Below, piece after piece: positions 1 to 10,520 of a stretch of 64,000 nt of DNA. The notes beneath the pieces are model-generated. The model saw only the letters and a program-made list of their open reading frames with translations, did not search any database and was not told the DNA's origin. The stretch spans positions 1 through 64,000 of the forward strand of contig JBQLZK010000017.1 in assembly GCA_052168235.1 (NCBI GenBank). The letters run 5' to 3'. Both the position numbers and the translations under genes were made by a program. This DNA is from Thainema sp. Lineage in GTDB: Bacteria; Cyanobacteriota; Cyanobacteriia; Phormidesmidales; Phormidesmidaceae. Numbering within the stretch: the first letter of the stretch is position 1; each line of letters starts with the position of its first letter.

Positions 1-344
1 GCCAGTGCGGTCATCACATTTCGCTCATCTGAGGTTTTCGGATAGGCTCTAAGTGCAGTGGTTTAAGAAGAGCGCCGACAAGCTATCTCATTGTTGAGAT
101 AGATACAGTCTGAACGGGAAGTCCCCCGGATGATAGGCGTGTGGTGTTTAACGAACTCTTAAGATCGAGAAAATTCACTCACCACAAGAGTAGGTTTCTC
201 AAATGCTAGCTGTACAGATGACTGCACGTTATTAGGCAGTTAGCTTAAGCCTACTAACAACATTTAAACAATCAACTAAGTTACGGCGCGACAGAAATTC
301 TGTACGCCTAACAGAGTTGTATGTTGACAATTTGGAGATTCGAT

Positions 345-752
345 ATGGCAACCGTAGAAAAACAAGGTCGCCCCAACGATCAGCAATCTGATCAGTGGCA
401 AAACGATTTAAATCCCGATCCGATGGCTGGTCAAAACCACGGGCCTCAGACGGAAGAACCTGGACGGTTTGACCGTACCGCTGATGACATTAAGGAACTA
501 CACGAACGTATGCAAGACTTTTCACGCGACGATTTACGGCAAATTCCCGTTCTTCATCCGGGTGCCCGCTTGGAGCAAGGATCGGCTTATATCAACTTGA
601 ATGATTCAGAGCGCAAAGAATTCAAGGGTATGGGTAATATGAATGTTCAGAAGAACGACTTCATTGTGCCTAAAGATCAGGTTCCCTATCCATTGTGGAA
701 TCGATTAATCGGCGTTAATAATCCAGAACGATTAGACAAATCTCGACGATAG
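345..752 (+). CDS. hypothetical hydrophilic protein
   Basis: ORF 321..752; ATG at 345 follows GGAG (ggagattcgatATG); acidic/Gln-rich sequence. Confidence 0.7.
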   Translation: MATVEKQGRPNDQQSDQWQNDLNPDPMAGQNHGPQTEEPGRFDRTADDIKELHERMQDFSRDDLRQIPVLHPGARLEQGSAYINLNDSERKEFKGMGNMNVQKNDFIVPKDQVPYPLWNRLIGVNNPERLDKSRR

Positions 753-788
753 ATTTGAAGACATCACTAACACAAAGAAACCCTATTT

Positions 789-854
789 TAAGGGCGGGTT
801 TCGTTTGTCAACTTATGATTTAAACGCATAGCTTGATGGCTAAACCCGCCCTTA
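789..854. repeat. REP-like inverted repeat between convergent genes
   Basis: taagggcgggttt ... aaacccgccctta inverted arms. Confidence 0.6.
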
Positions 855-920
855 TTTACGTATTGGGTTGAGGTGAAAATAACTCTCAGCAAGCTACTCT
901 CCGCAAACTTAACGGTATGC

Positions 921-1217
921 CTAAAGTCCAGCCTGCTGCAGTCGTGCTTCCATATCTTGCTGGGTCAAGTCTGACTCAATATAGGTTGGATTGTGCGGTT
1001 GATAGGGGCCTTGTAGCCGATCGATTGAAGTAACCTCAGCGGTATCGGGCAGAACTGGAACTTCTGGATCAGCGGCAGTTGGACGCATGAGAGAACTAGA
1101 AAAGCCCCGATAGATCATGATTTGGTCAGGTTCATCGTCAACTTCTGCCGTGACTAACAGCACCTCAGCCGGATGCAGCCGGGTATATTCTTCCAGGCGT
1201 TCTACTAGCGATCGCAT
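921..1217 (-). CDS. conserved cyanobacterial/plastid hypothetical protein
   Basis: RLEEYT...YRGFSSSLMRPTAADP...IDRLQGPY pattern recalled from a conserved phototroph family. Confidence 0.75.
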   Translation of the reverse strand: MRSLVERLEEYTRLHPAEVLLVTAEVDDEPDQIMIYRGFSSSLMRPTAADPEVPVLPDTAEVTSIDRLQGPYQPHNPTYIESDLTQQDMEARLQQAGL

Positions 1218-1267
1218 TTTGTTCCGCTCAATCCAACCTTAAACCCAACCTAAAAAATCATTAAAAA

Positions 1268-1879
1268 TCATTGATTCGTCGCAGAACGTCCCTGCCGTCC
1301 TAAGCGAAAGACAACAAAGTAGGACAGGTAAAACAGATAAATGACCAGTGCCAGAATGCCCGTAAAGCCGAGGACAGCGTAGGTTGAATTCGCGTGGAAG
1401 AACTCTTTGTAGCGTAAGGGCGGTTCAAACCAAACCTGGCAGGCTTCGGTAGCAAACACCTGAGCTGAAAATGCACAGGGCAGAAATAGCGCCACCAAAA
1501 CGGCGCTGATGCTGCTATAAAACGTCATCGCCCAGCGCCAGGAGGTGAGTACAAGCTTGAGCGGACTGGGACTGTGTTCCCGAATTTCGTCATTCAGATC
1601 GATCCAGAACCAAAGCGCAATCAGGATCAAGACGTGCGCCATGATTGAGGTAATGAAGCTGATCTTCAGCCCCCCAATCATCAGATAAACCGTGATTGCA
1701 AGTAGGCTAGCAACTCGCCAGTAAATAACCAGCAGGGTCTGCATGGCCTCTTCTTTTTGCAAAAACGCCCAGAGGAGTAGGACGAGCGGCAAAATGACAG
1801 TAAACAGCACAGCGAGCCGATAGTCTGTCCAAACGATGGGACGGAGAATGTCTAAATTTTGCAAAAAACCAATGTTCAT
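1268..1879 (-). CDS. DUF3177-family membrane protein
   Basis: VWTDYRLAVLFTV..PL.LL.WA and IYWRVASLLAITVYL motifs; several TM helices. Confidence 0.85.
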   Translation of the reverse strand: MNIGFLQNLDILRPIVWTDYRLAVLFTVILPLVLLLWAFLQKEEAMQTLLVIYWRVASLLAITVYLMIGGLKISFITSIMAHVLILIALWFWIDLNDEIREHSPSPLKLVLTSWRWAMTFYSSISAVLVALFLPCAFSAQVFATEACQVWFEPPLRYKEFFHANSTYAVLGFTGILALVIYLFYLSYFVVFRLGRQGRSATNQ

Positions 1880-1957
1880 CGGGTCTGAAAGCTAAAGGAT
1901 CATCAGCGTTAGTCTTAATCGCACTCCCCATCCTATCTTGCGATCGCATCTTCATGC

Positions 1958-2485
1958 TCATTTCTCGTCATGAAACCCATTTGGATTAAGCTGACGCACC
2001 AGGTGAACCAGTTCTGGCAAAATCAAGGCTTCCATACCGAGCTGTACCGCTTTGCTAGAGCCAGGCAGCGAGAAAATTAACTGGGCACCATAAACCCCGG
2101 CTATGGCGCGGGATGCCAGGGCGCGGGAGCCAATCTGCTCATAGCTCAACATGCGAAACAGTTCGCCAAAACCGGGTAGCGTTTTATCCAGTAATTGTGC
2201 GATCGCATCATAGGTTGTATCGCGGGGGGCAATACCTGTGCCACCATTGCAAATCACGGCTTGAATGGATTGCTCCTGCCACGTTTGAAGCTGAGCTACG
2301 ATCTGTGGCGGTTCGTCTTTGACGACAACATAATCAGCAATTTGATGCTCCGCCTGCCCCAGTAGTTGATGAATAATCTGTCCGCTTTTGTCCGTTTCCA
2401 CAGTGCGAGTGTCGCTGACAGTGAGGACAGCACAGCTAACGGCTAACGGTTGCGGATTAGCGTGGGAAGTCGGAGAATGGCTCAT
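1958..2485 (-). CDS. moaB: molybdenum cofactor biosynthesis protein MoaB/Mog
   Basis: LTVSDTR, D.SG, GGTGIAPRDTT, PGFGELFR, LPGS motifs. Confidence 0.9.
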   Translation of the reverse strand: MSHSPTSHANPQPLAVSCAVLTVSDTRTVETDKSGQIIHQLLGQAEHQIADYVVVKDEPPQIVAQLQTWQEQSIQAVICNGGTGIAPRDTTYDAIAQLLDKTLPGFGELFRMLSYEQIGSRALASRAIAGVYGAQLIFSLPGSSKAVQLGMEALILPELVHLVRQLNPNGFHDEK

Positions 2486-2583
2486 TCTAAATGTTTCTGT
2501 ATCGACCGCAAAACGAAAGGACGCTCCATGAACGTCCTTCCCAATTCAAACCATTTTATAGTGAGCGCTCAGTTCGGATTGAA

Positions 2584-2916
2584 CTAGCTCTTGGTAAATC
2601 CTAAACCTTTTTCCTCCGCATATCGCTCCATAAACCGCATGAAGCGATCCCATTCTTCAGGACTTAAGATGGCATACACTGCTTCGATTGCAGTGGGCTG
2701 GCCGTTAACAAACTTGGCGTTGACATCCCGCGTTGAGAGGGTTCCTTCCTCATCAACTAGATACATGCCGGTAATGTCACTATTTTCATCCGTTAATGCT
2801 GTTGGATTATCAAAGTAAAATGTTGCCGTTCCGTTGGTGCCATCCTTCGAACGGGTTAGCCGCACATCAGGCACAGTATCTTCAGCCACACCTCTTGTAA
2901 ATTGAATTTCTGCCAT
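2584..2916 (-). CDS. psb28: photosystem II assembly factor Psb28
   Basis: [40 protein letters not shown]. Confidence 0.95.
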   Translation of the reverse strand: MAEIQFTRGVAEDTVPDVRLTRSKDGTNGTATFYFDNPTALTDENSDITGMYLVDEEGTLSTRDVNAKFVNGQPTAIEAVYAILSPEEWDRFMRFMERYAEEKGLGFTKS

Positions 2917-3127
2917 AGCAATATCACGTCACATTTGTACATACAATTTTTATATCTTCTCATCATATGCGCGAGATACGGAAAGGCTGTGGCAAAACCT
3001 TTCGCCACAGCCTTTCTAAGGGTTGATATGAAATCCGCAATTTTTTTAGGGATGGCATACTGCCCATGCCGTCCCTAAAATCTGTTGATCCTGTATGACC
3101 AGATTTGAAATTGCTCAGGATTGGAGT

Positions 3128-3391
3128 TTAGAGGATACCTAAGTAACCCAAGCCTAGAATGGCACCTGCTCCTAGCAAGTGACCAAAGCTGGTCGTACCT
3201 AAAAGCGCTGGTAAACCCATGCCTCCAAATAGTTCCGGAGACGGTAGTTGAGGATCAGCATTTGGGTACCTAATCGTGAGTCTGCCAATTGCGATCGCAA
3301 TGATGTTGCAGATAATCATTACAGCAGCGACCTTAGGGTTCCAAGCGGGAGTATGGGGAACTGCTGCCAGTAAAGATGTTAGATAAATCAA
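3128..3391 (-). CDS. psaK: photosystem I subunit PsaK
   Basis: VPHTPAW.PKV..VMI.CN and LLGTTSFGHLLGAGAILGL; probable TTG start at 3391 after AAGGAG. Confidence 0.9.
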   Translation of the reverse strand: MIYLTSLLAAVPHTPAWNPKVAAVMIICNIIAIAIGRLTIRYPNADPQLPSPELFGGMGLPALLGTTSFGHLLGAGAILGLGYLGIL

Positions 3392-3535
3392 GTTAAAACT
3401 CCTTATTAGTCCAAATAAGCCTATATCAGCCATGAGTGAACCGATAGTCATCATCTTTGACCAAAAGTGAATTTCATATAATTGCTTGTTGCAAGACTTA
3501 ATGGAAGTTAGCAATTCTTACCGTTGTGATGTGGT

Positions 3536-3592
3536 TTGAAGCAAAGCCCTTTAAGCTGCGGCGATACGGCAGCTTAAAGGGCTTTGCTTCAA
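3536..3592. repeat. perfect 24-bp-stem hairpin (terminator or palindromic element)
   Basis: ttgaagcaaagccctttaagctgc-GGCGATACG-gcagcttaaagggctttgcttcaa. Confidence 0.85.
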
Positions 3593-3601
3593 GGCGTTGG
3601 A

Positions 3602-4570
3602 TTAATCTCCGGCGGGGATTTGCAGAATGATCCAGCTCCCGTCATCGGTGCGACCAAACACGAGGCGTGGATCGAGTGGTGCATAGGCATAGCGGCTATA
3701 GACAAAGCCTTGCTTGCCGTTGGCAATCTCGACCGGAGTCCAGCTATCCATCGGATCGCGATGCTCACCTTCGTTAGTTTGGCTGTGAATCAATTCCCAG
3801 CCTTCGCTGTAGGAGCTGACAACTTCATTAGAGAGCAAGGCAATTACATCGCTGTCTAATGACGGTTGCGATCGCAAATTCACGTTTTCGCCAAGAATCA
3901 TCAGGTTATTGAAGTAGTGGTCAATTCCTTCAGCATCTGGCGGGGTTGGATATTGCTGCTCAAACGCGATGGTCGTCCCTGGACACACCCAAACGACATC
4001 ACCAGCGGTCTCATATCCTAAATCAGCAGCCGGAACATCCGCACAACCAAACTGTATGGCCTTCTCTATCGTTGACCAAAACCAGCTATCGCGTTGATCA
4101 AGCTTTAAATCATCTATCGGAGTTAAGCCAAAGCCAAAAGCTAATTCTCCCGTATCGTAGCGGGGCAGCAGTGGCAAAATAAACTCGGCATTTCGATCTG
4201 CGATCGCACGCTTAAATTCCTGACGAAACTTGGCAAAGTCGCTACTAGGGGGAACTTCGTCCTTTAGCTCAAATGGACGATGGGGAAAATCACGTAGCTG
4301 CTCATATTCTTCGGCAGATAAGCGAGGCTTTGAGTCAGTCTCGGTCTCTTCATCTGAGGCTTGAGCATCGTCCGGTGATGTAACCTGGCTGGTGTCAGTT
4401 GTATCGCTGCCTATCTGACCTGGATCGACATCATCAGATTTATCGCCCACTTCTGTAGTTGGGCCGCCAATCTCGGCAATCGGATTTTGCTGTCGCCAAG
4501 CAGTGACAGCACCCACTCCCGACGCAGCAACAACAAGAAAACAAATGGTCGCAAGTCCAGCTTTATTCAT
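3602..4570 (-). CDS. exported SH3-domain-containing protein
   Basis: N-terminal hydrophobic segment, acidic linker, C-terminal NVNLRSQPS..S.VI..L...W..V....G..GFV...Y bacterial SH3 pattern. Confidence 0.75.
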   Translation of the reverse strand: MNKAGLATICFLVVAASGVGAVTAWRQQNPIAEIGGPTTEVGDKSDDVDPGQIGSDTTDTSQVTSPDDAQASDEETETDSKPRLSAEEYEQLRDFPHRPFELKDEVPPSSDFAKFRQEFKRAIADRNAEFILPLLPRYDTGELAFGFGLTPIDDLKLDQRDSWFWSTIEKAIQFGCADVPAADLGYETAGDVVWVCPGTTIAFEQQYPTPPDAEGIDHYFNNLMILGENVNLRSQPSLDSDVIALLSNEVVSSYSEGWELIHSQTNEGEHRDPMDSWTPVEIANGKQGFVYSRYAYAPLDPRLVFGRTDDGSWIILQIPAGD

Positions 4571-4692
4571 GGTTAACTTGTCCACAGATAAGAATCCGTG
4601 AATCATGAGGCGTTATCTTTAACTTCAATCCAACAAAGGCCGATTCCGTCAACTAAACCGATTGAAGCAAAACTGCGATCGCGCCTACTCTC

Positions 4693-5040
4693 CTAATCCC
4701 CCACATCCAAATCCCCCACATCCAAAGACCGTGAAGACTCTACAGACTCTTGCTGGAGACGATGCTGATTGACTTGCTTAAGATAATTCAGCAGCACATT
4801 GGCTTCAGCCTGGAGTTGAAGAAAGCGATCGCGGTGACTGGGTTTGTAGCAGGACAATCGCTGTGGTTCAAGTTGAGGTGAGTCTGGCTCGTCGGTTGGT
4901 TGCGGCGGGCAGAAGCGAAGAGTTGGCAGAGTTGAACGCGATGGCAATTGAGACTGGGAGTACCAGGACGGCTGGCGGATTGAAGCTGGAACCGCCGCTC
5001 GACCCCCATTTGAAGTCAAGACTTGAGGTGTCATTATCAC
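4693..5040 (-). CDS. hypothetical protein
   Basis: 115-aa ORF with a helical C-terminal segment (FLQLQAEANVLLNYL). Confidence 0.5.
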   Translation of the reverse strand: MIMTPQVLTSNGGRAAVPASIRQPSWYSQSQLPSRSTLPTLRFCPPQPTDEPDSPQLEPQRLSCYKPSHRDRFLQLQAEANVLLNYLKQVNQHRLQQESVESSRSLDVGDLDVGD

Positions 5041-5184
5041 TCACTCACACATTGTTGGGATTTGACGGAATGCGTAGAAGGTTAATTGCACCCATCAGCC
5101 CACAGTTCAGCCTCAATTCTATGTAAGTAATTCGATTTTGCCTCATTTTTTGTGTCGGTTTTGTAACTGGAATGTGGATTGGGA

Positions 5185-5352
5185 CAGTCGGGTAGGTGGG
5201 TGGGTGGGTATTAGGTACTAGGTTTTGGGTGCTAGGTATGGATGCTAAGTAGAACCGAACAGCCAATGCCAAATATTCCGCCCCTCCAACCTAATCTCTA
5301 ACACCAATACCTACATACCCAGTACCCAAAGCCCAATACCCAGTACCCAATC
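5185..5352. repeat. STRR-like degenerate heptamer tracts in inverted arrangement
   Basis: G-rich ggtatta/ggtacta units followed by C-rich cccaata/cccagta units. Confidence 0.7.
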
Positions 5353-5396
5353 CTGACCTTCGCGCTCACTCGTAGAACTGGCATTATTTCTCAAAC

Positions 5397-7343
5397 TTAG
5401 TTCTCCGACTGAACATCATTCAAACCCGACAGCTCGGATGAATTGCGACCATTGATGTCTGGTTGTTTGGACTGCTGCGTTTTAAGCCAGTGCTGGAGTT
5501 CGGGGGGGAGTTCTAAAGGGAGCGTGCCCGATCGCACATGCAGGTCGCGTTGCGGGAAGGGGATTTCGATATTGTGTTCTCGCAGAGAGCGTTCGATGGC
5601 AAAGTACAAGTCGCTTTTGATGCGAACTTGTTTAGCGGGTTCGGCAATCCAAACCAGTAGCTCAAAGTTGAGTGAACTGTCGCCAAATTCAATGAAAAAG
5701 ACGTGGGGAGCGGGTACGGCTAGGGTATTGGGGTGCTCTTGTCCAGCTTTGATCAGCACCGATTCGACGACTGCGGGATCAGAGCTGTAGGCAACGCCAA
5801 CCGGAATGCGTAGGCGCGAAACAGGGTTACGATGACTCCAGTTAATTACCTCGTTTTCGAGAAAACGGGAGTTGGGCACGATGATTGAAACCTGATCGAG
5901 GGTTTTAATTTCGGTGCTGCGAGCGCCCAAGCGTTCCACAGTGCCCATGAATTCGCCCACTTGGACAAAATCGCCAATTTGGATCGGGCGTTCAAAGACC
6001 AAAACTAGACCGCTGCCAAAGTTTTTGGCGATGTCCTGTAAACCAAAACCGATACCAACGCTGAGTGCACTAGCCAGAATGGCGAGAGAGCTGAAGTCAA
6101 TTCCCCAGATTTGCAGCAGGATAATCACGCCAATGGTGATAAAACCATATTTGATCACAATTGCGATCGCTTCTCGTAGGCCGCGATTGATCCCGGTAAT
6201 ATGGCTCAGAATGCGCCGCCGGATGACGTTGGTGACGGTGCCAGAGGCAATGACCAGACCAAAGACCATTGCGATCATCAGCAAGATATCGAGCAGCGAC
6301 AGCGGATTTTGGCCTAAGTTGAGCACGTCAGAAGTCAAGCTGGCCTGGAGGATACGCCGAATTTGGTCGTTCAACCGCCGCGTTAGGGCAAATTGATTGG
6401 TGACAAACAAAAACGCCGCTAACCAGATGCCAGTCCGGATCAGCAGCAAAATCGCCTTGAGAATAAGATTGAGTTCTTTAGTGGATTGAGTGTCAGCCGC
6501 TTCCTCACCCGACTGAATCAACCGATAGAGTGTCGGACGTAATCCTTGATCCATCGCTCGCTGGCAGCCTCGATCCAGCGCAAAGGCGATGATAATGGTG
6601 ACGGCAGCGATCAGCAGGCCAGTAATAACTCCGCGATTGTTATAGGTAATGAACTCTTGAATCTCAGACTGCCACTCGTAGGCAAGGTCGAGAATCGCGC
6701 TGGGGTCTGGATTGGTGGCATCAGCTAAATCTTCTCGCGTGACGGTGACTAAAACGGAATCGATGGTACTGGTTGGTTCACCGCCGAAAGTGCGATCGCG
6801 GATGCCAATGACGGTGGCGCTACTGCCATCGGCTGCGTCACAGGCGGTTTTAATTTTGCTGCCTTCATTAATGATGGGAATGGTTGCTTCACCTGCGGTC
6901 TGACAGCCAACAACAATATCACTGGGGGCTGGCGGATTGTCTTCATTCAGCGCTTCCATCAGCCGCAGCTCGTAGATCCTGGCCCGTTCCGCCGCTCGTA
7001 ATTCGCCTGCTGTGGCAACTTCAAACAGAATCTCGTCGTTGAGGATGACAGAAGCTTGTTCGCTTTGATTGGTTACCGCTTCTTCTGCTTCTGTTGCACT
7101 ATTGGTTTCATCGCTGGCTTCGGCTTCATCTGGATTGGAGCTGTCGTCAATTAGAACGTCATTTAGCCGTTCAATCAGTGGCGCTTGGCCGACGGGCTGC
7201 TGTGCGATCGCAGGTTGCAGCCAGCCTACACCGATCAGCAGCAGCAAACAACCCGCCACTAAACGGCTGATCAGGCGGAATTGAAACTGCTGCCGCTGCC
7301 TTACAGCACGCGCAGACCGAGATGAGTAGTAAAAGCGCAACAC
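5397..7343 (-). CDS. MscS-family mechanosensitive channel with a large N-terminal periplasmic region
   Basis: GIGFGLQDIAKNFGSGL.L.FERPIQIGD, IIVPNS, VINWS, VGVAY, IEIPFPQRDLH motifs. Confidence 0.9.
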   Translation of the reverse strand: MLRFYYSSRSARAVRQRQQFQFRLISRLVAGCLLLLIGVGWLQPAIAQQPVGQAPLIERLNDVLIDDSSNPDEAEASDETNSATEAEEAVTNQSEQASVILNDEILFEVATAGELRAAERARIYELRLMEALNEDNPPAPSDIVVGCQTAGEATIPIINEGSKIKTACDAADGSSATVIGIRDRTFGGEPTSTIDSVLVTVTREDLADATNPDPSAILDLAYEWQSEIQEFITYNNRGVITGLLIAAVTIIIAFALDRGCQRAMDQGLRPTLYRLIQSGEEAADTQSTKELNLILKAILLLIRTGIWLAAFLFVTNQFALTRRLNDQIRRILQASLTSDVLNLGQNPLSLLDILLMIAMVFGLVIASGTVTNVIRRRILSHITGINRGLREAIAIVIKYGFITIGVIILLQIWGIDFSSLAILASALSVGIGFGLQDIAKNFGSGLVLVFERPIQIGDFVQVGEFMGTVERLGARSTEIKTLDQVSIIVPNSRFLENEVINWSHRNPVSRLRIPVGVAYSSDPAVVESVLIKAGQEHPNTLAVPAPHVFFIEFGDSSLNFELLVWIAEPAKQVRIKSDLYFAIERSLREHNIEIPFPQRDLHVRSGTLPLELPPELQHWLKTQQSKQPDINGRNSSELSGLNDVQSEN

Positions 7344-7426
7344 AATTAACTTCTGAGCAACTGTTTTTTCAGTTTGAATCCATATTCTAAGAAAAGTTCC
7401 ATGCTATGGGATAGCCATATTGGTTG

Positions 7427-7520
7427 GAACGTTTTTGAGGTGCGGCAGAGCCGCACCTCAAAAACGTTCGTTCGACACATAAAAAGGCATTGCTGCCGTA
7501 TTACGGCAGCAATGCCTTTT
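7427..7520. terminator. two tandem perfect hairpins downstream of glgB
   Basis: 20-bp stem at 7427-7469 and 19-bp stem at 7482-7520, the latter with A/T tails. Confidence 0.7.
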
Positions 7521-7539
7521 AAGGATAAAGCAAGCCTGC

Positions 7540-9834
7540 TTATGCTTGGGGTTCGGCCTCAGTTGTAATTGTTTTCACCGACTCAGCGTCTAGCTTGAAC
7601 ACGGTGACCGCCAATGGTGGCAGCGTCAGGCTGAGAGCATAGGGCCAGCGGGGATTATGCTCCCACTGGTGTGCTTCTTTGCCGCCATAGTTGCCGACGC
7701 CGCTACCGCCGTACTTCTGGGCATCGCTGTTGAGCAGTTCCTTATAATATCCAGGTTTGGGTACCCCAACCCAGTAGTCATAGTGGGGACGGGGCATGAA
7801 GTTGCAGACCGTGACCAAGAAATCATTGGAGTGTTTATCCTTGCGCAAGAAGGAAACGACGCTATTTTCGGCATCGTTACAGTCGATCCACTCAAAGCCA
7901 TCATGGGAGAAATCTTCCGTGTACAGCGATGATTCCTGCTTATACAGCGCATTCAAGTCGCTCATGAACTGCTTCATCTTCTTATGCGGATCGTACTGAA
8001 GCAGGCTCCAATCCAAGTCGCCCCAAGCGTTCCACTCGCTAGTTTGGCCAAACTCCATGCCCATAAATAGGGTCTTTTTACCAGGGTGAGTGAACATGTA
8101 GGCAAACAGCGATCGCAGATTAGCGAACTTTTGCCATTCATCTCCCGGCATTTTGTGAATCAGGTTGCCCTTGCCGTGAACGACCTCATCGTGAGACAGG
8201 GCCAGCATAAAGTTTTCGCTGAAGGCATACCAAATGCTAAAGGTGACGTTGTTTTGGTGATAGCGGCGATAGAGCGGGTCTTTGCTGAAGTAGTCCAGCA
8301 TGTCGTGCATCCAACCCATGTTCCACTTGAAGTTGAACCCTAGGCCGCCCAAATAAGTCGGTCGTGACACATTAGCCCAAGCGGTGGATTCTTCCGCAAT
8401 GGAGAGAATACCGGGATAGTAGCCAAACAGGGTGTAGTTGAGCTGGCGCAGGAAGTCAACCGCTTCCAGATTCTCATTGCCGCCATAGTGGTTAGCGACC
8501 CACTCACCATCTTTGCGGTCATAATCCAGGTACAGCATAGACGCGACGGCATCCACTCGAATGCCGTCAATGTGGTACTTGTCAAACCAAAACAGGGCAT
8601 TGGAGATTAGGAAGTTGCGCACCTCATGGCGAGCATAGTTGAACACGTAGGTGCCCCAGCCCTTGTGCTCACCTCGACGGGGATCTTCGTGCTCGTATAG
8701 GTGCGTACCGTCAAAGAAGGCCAAACCGTGGCTGTCCTTCGGGAAGTGACCGGGCACCCAGTCCACAATGATGCCGATGTCATTTTGGTGGCACTGATCG
8801 ACAAAGTACATAAAGTCTTGCGGACTGCCGAAGCGCGAGGTGGGCGCGTAGTAACCTGCCACCTGATAGCCCCAGGAGCCATCAAAGGGATGTTCGGCCA
8901 CTGGCAGAACTTCAATATGGGTGTAGCCCAGTTCCTTGACGTAGGGCACTAAGCGATCAGCCAGTTCCCGATAGGTCAAGAAGCGAGTGTTGGGCTTTTG
9001 ATCGATCGGGACAGGCTGTTCCCCATTGGGAGTGGGTGTGTCCAAGCTCTCATGCAGCCATGATCCCAGGTGAACCTCATAGACTGAAATCGGCTCTTCT
9101 TGAGGATTAGAATGCCGCCGCTTTTCCATCCAGTCGTTGTCTTTCCAGGTGTAGTCAAGATTGGCCACGACGGACGCGGTATCGGGCCGAACTTCCTGCT
9201 GAAATCCGTAGGGATCAGATTTGTAATAGAGATGTCCCGCTTCGTTTTTAATTTCGTACTTGTACTTTTGCCCTTCCTTTAGACCGGGAATAAACAAGTC
9301 CCAGACGCCACCGTTGACCAGGCGCATCTGGTGCTTGCGGCCATCCCAGTTGTTGAAGTCGCCCACGATTGAAATATTGCGGGCATTCGGTGCCCAAACA
9401 GAGAAGTAAACTCCCTGTACGCCTTCAATATTGACGAGGTGCGCCCCCATCTTTTCATAGATGTAATGGTGGTTGCCTTCGCCAAATAAATAAATATCGT
9501 AATCCGTCAAGAGCGGCGTTTTGAAAGCGTAGGGGTCATGAATGACGCGCTCATGTTCGCCTTCTTTAATCCGGATTAAGTAATTGGCAGACAAGTTGGG
9601 CGTCGTGATCTCACATTCAAAAAAGTGGGGATGATGAGCCGTCTCCATTGGATACTCGTTGCGATCCTCTGGATGGATAACCCACGCTGCTTCTGCATCC
9701 GGCAAATAGGCTCGCACCACCCAACGGCGACTGCCGTTTTCTCCAACTGGGTGTGAACCTAGTACTTCAAATGGATTGTGGTGGCGATTTTCAACGATAC
9801 GTTGAACTTGATCGGGGGCAGCGGTAGCTGGCAT
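7540..9834 (-). CDS. glgB: 1,4-alpha-glucan branching enzyme
   Basis: GH13 motifs: YEVHLGSW, EHPFDGSWGYQ, DWVPGHF, DGIRVDAVASM, AEEST, LSHDEVVHGK. Confidence 0.97.
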   Translation of the reverse strand: MPATAAPDQVQRIVENRHHNPFEVLGSHPVGENGSRRWVVRAYLPDAEAAWVIHPEDRNEYPMETAHHPHFFECEITTPNLSANYLIRIKEGEHERVIHDPYAFKTPLLTDYDIYLFGEGNHHYIYEKMGAHLVNIEGVQGVYFSVWAPNARNISIVGDFNNWDGRKHQMRLVNGGVWDLFIPGLKEGQKYKYEIKNEAGHLYYKSDPYGFQQEVRPDTASVVANLDYTWKDNDWMEKRRHSNPQEEPISVYEVHLGSWLHESLDTPTPNGEQPVPIDQKPNTRFLTYRELADRLVPYVKELGYTHIEVLPVAEHPFDGSWGYQVAGYYAPTSRFGSPQDFMYFVDQCHQNDIGIIVDWVPGHFPKDSHGLAFFDGTHLYEHEDPRRGEHKGWGTYVFNYARHEVRNFLISNALFWFDKYHIDGIRVDAVASMLYLDYDRKDGEWVANHYGGNENLEAVDFLRQLNYTLFGYYPGILSIAEESTAWANVSRPTYLGGLGFNFKWNMGWMHDMLDYFSKDPLYRRYHQNNVTFSIWYAFSENFMLALSHDEVVHGKGNLIHKMPGDEWQKFANLRSLFAYMFTHPGKKTLFMGMEFGQTSEWNAWGDLDWSLLQYDPHKKMKQFMSDLNALYKQESSLYTEDFSHDGFEWIDCNDAENSVVSFLRKDKHSNDFLVTVCNFMPRPHYDYWVGVPKPGYYKELLNSDAQKYGGSGVGNYGGKEAHQWEHNPRWPYALSLTLPPLAVTVFKLDAESVKTITTEAEPQA

Positions 9835-10242
9835 AAGTTATCAGTCCTATCTAAACAGCAAGTCCAAAAATTGAAATTCAAGCGATTTAAGCCAAGCAAT
9901 AATCAATTCACGGCAAAAAAATTAAATATTTCTCGTTAGTGTAGATCGATGTGTAAACTTTCCTAAACCCTCTTAGGTTTAGTGTATGTGATGTGATGAG
10001 ACGGTATACATCAGGGAACCGGATTTAGGATGAGTCCTGGGTAATGGCCTTAGAGCAATATCAGGGCAATGTGCGATCGCACATTTTCGCCTCCATCCAC
10101 CCAATATTTTCTTTAGATTTCACATCTGTTTAGCCAAATTCTGCCGCCGGAGTGAGGTGCAGGAGTCCATCAACAGCGCTACGGTAAAGCCGTTGACGCA
10201 CCTAAGTTGTAAACCTATTTGTAGACTTACACGGCAAACGGT

Positions 10243-10470
10243 ATGGCTCAATCTGACTCGACTTCAGACTCAGTAAAGAAACTGCAAGTCCCTGATAAGC
10301 AGGCGTTTCTCGAAACTCAGGATACCTTTCAGCGCTTAGAGGCTGACGGGATCACGCGATTTCAGATGTTTAATGCGCTGGCTGATTTATTCAATCGGGA
10401 ACAGCAGACTGAATTGTCTAAGCTGATGGCTGATGCTGCCTATAAGTGCTATCAGCAAGGGTTTGACTAG
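10243..10470 (+). CDS. small hypothetical protein
   Basis: 75-aa ATG ORF filling the intergenic space, with helical character. Confidence 0.6.
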   Translation: MAQSDSTSDSVKKLQVPDKQAFLETQDTFQRLEADGITRFQMFNALADLFNREQQTELSKLMADAAYKCYQQGFD

Positions 10471-10520
10471 GATGAACCAAAATTAACCCACGTTGACTTG
10501 AACGTGATCCCCGTGGGATG

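Noticed and set aside
1..200. Short matches reminiscent of a structured RNA (agcgccg, atacagtc, hairpin ctatctca-ttgt-tgagatag)
   Set aside because: The matches are too short to assign to any tracrRNA, intron or omega-RNA family; probably the leader of a minus-strand gene starting at the window edge
5045..5272. 75-aa minus-strand ORF
   Set aside because: Largely a translation of the STRR-like repeat tract; no protein-like features
7626..9485. Multiple alternative-frame and antisense ORFs within glgB, and likewise within glgX, cyaC, ndhA, acnA and the FAD oxidoreductase
   Set aside because: Shadow ORFs overlapping well-supported genes, with no recognisable motifs
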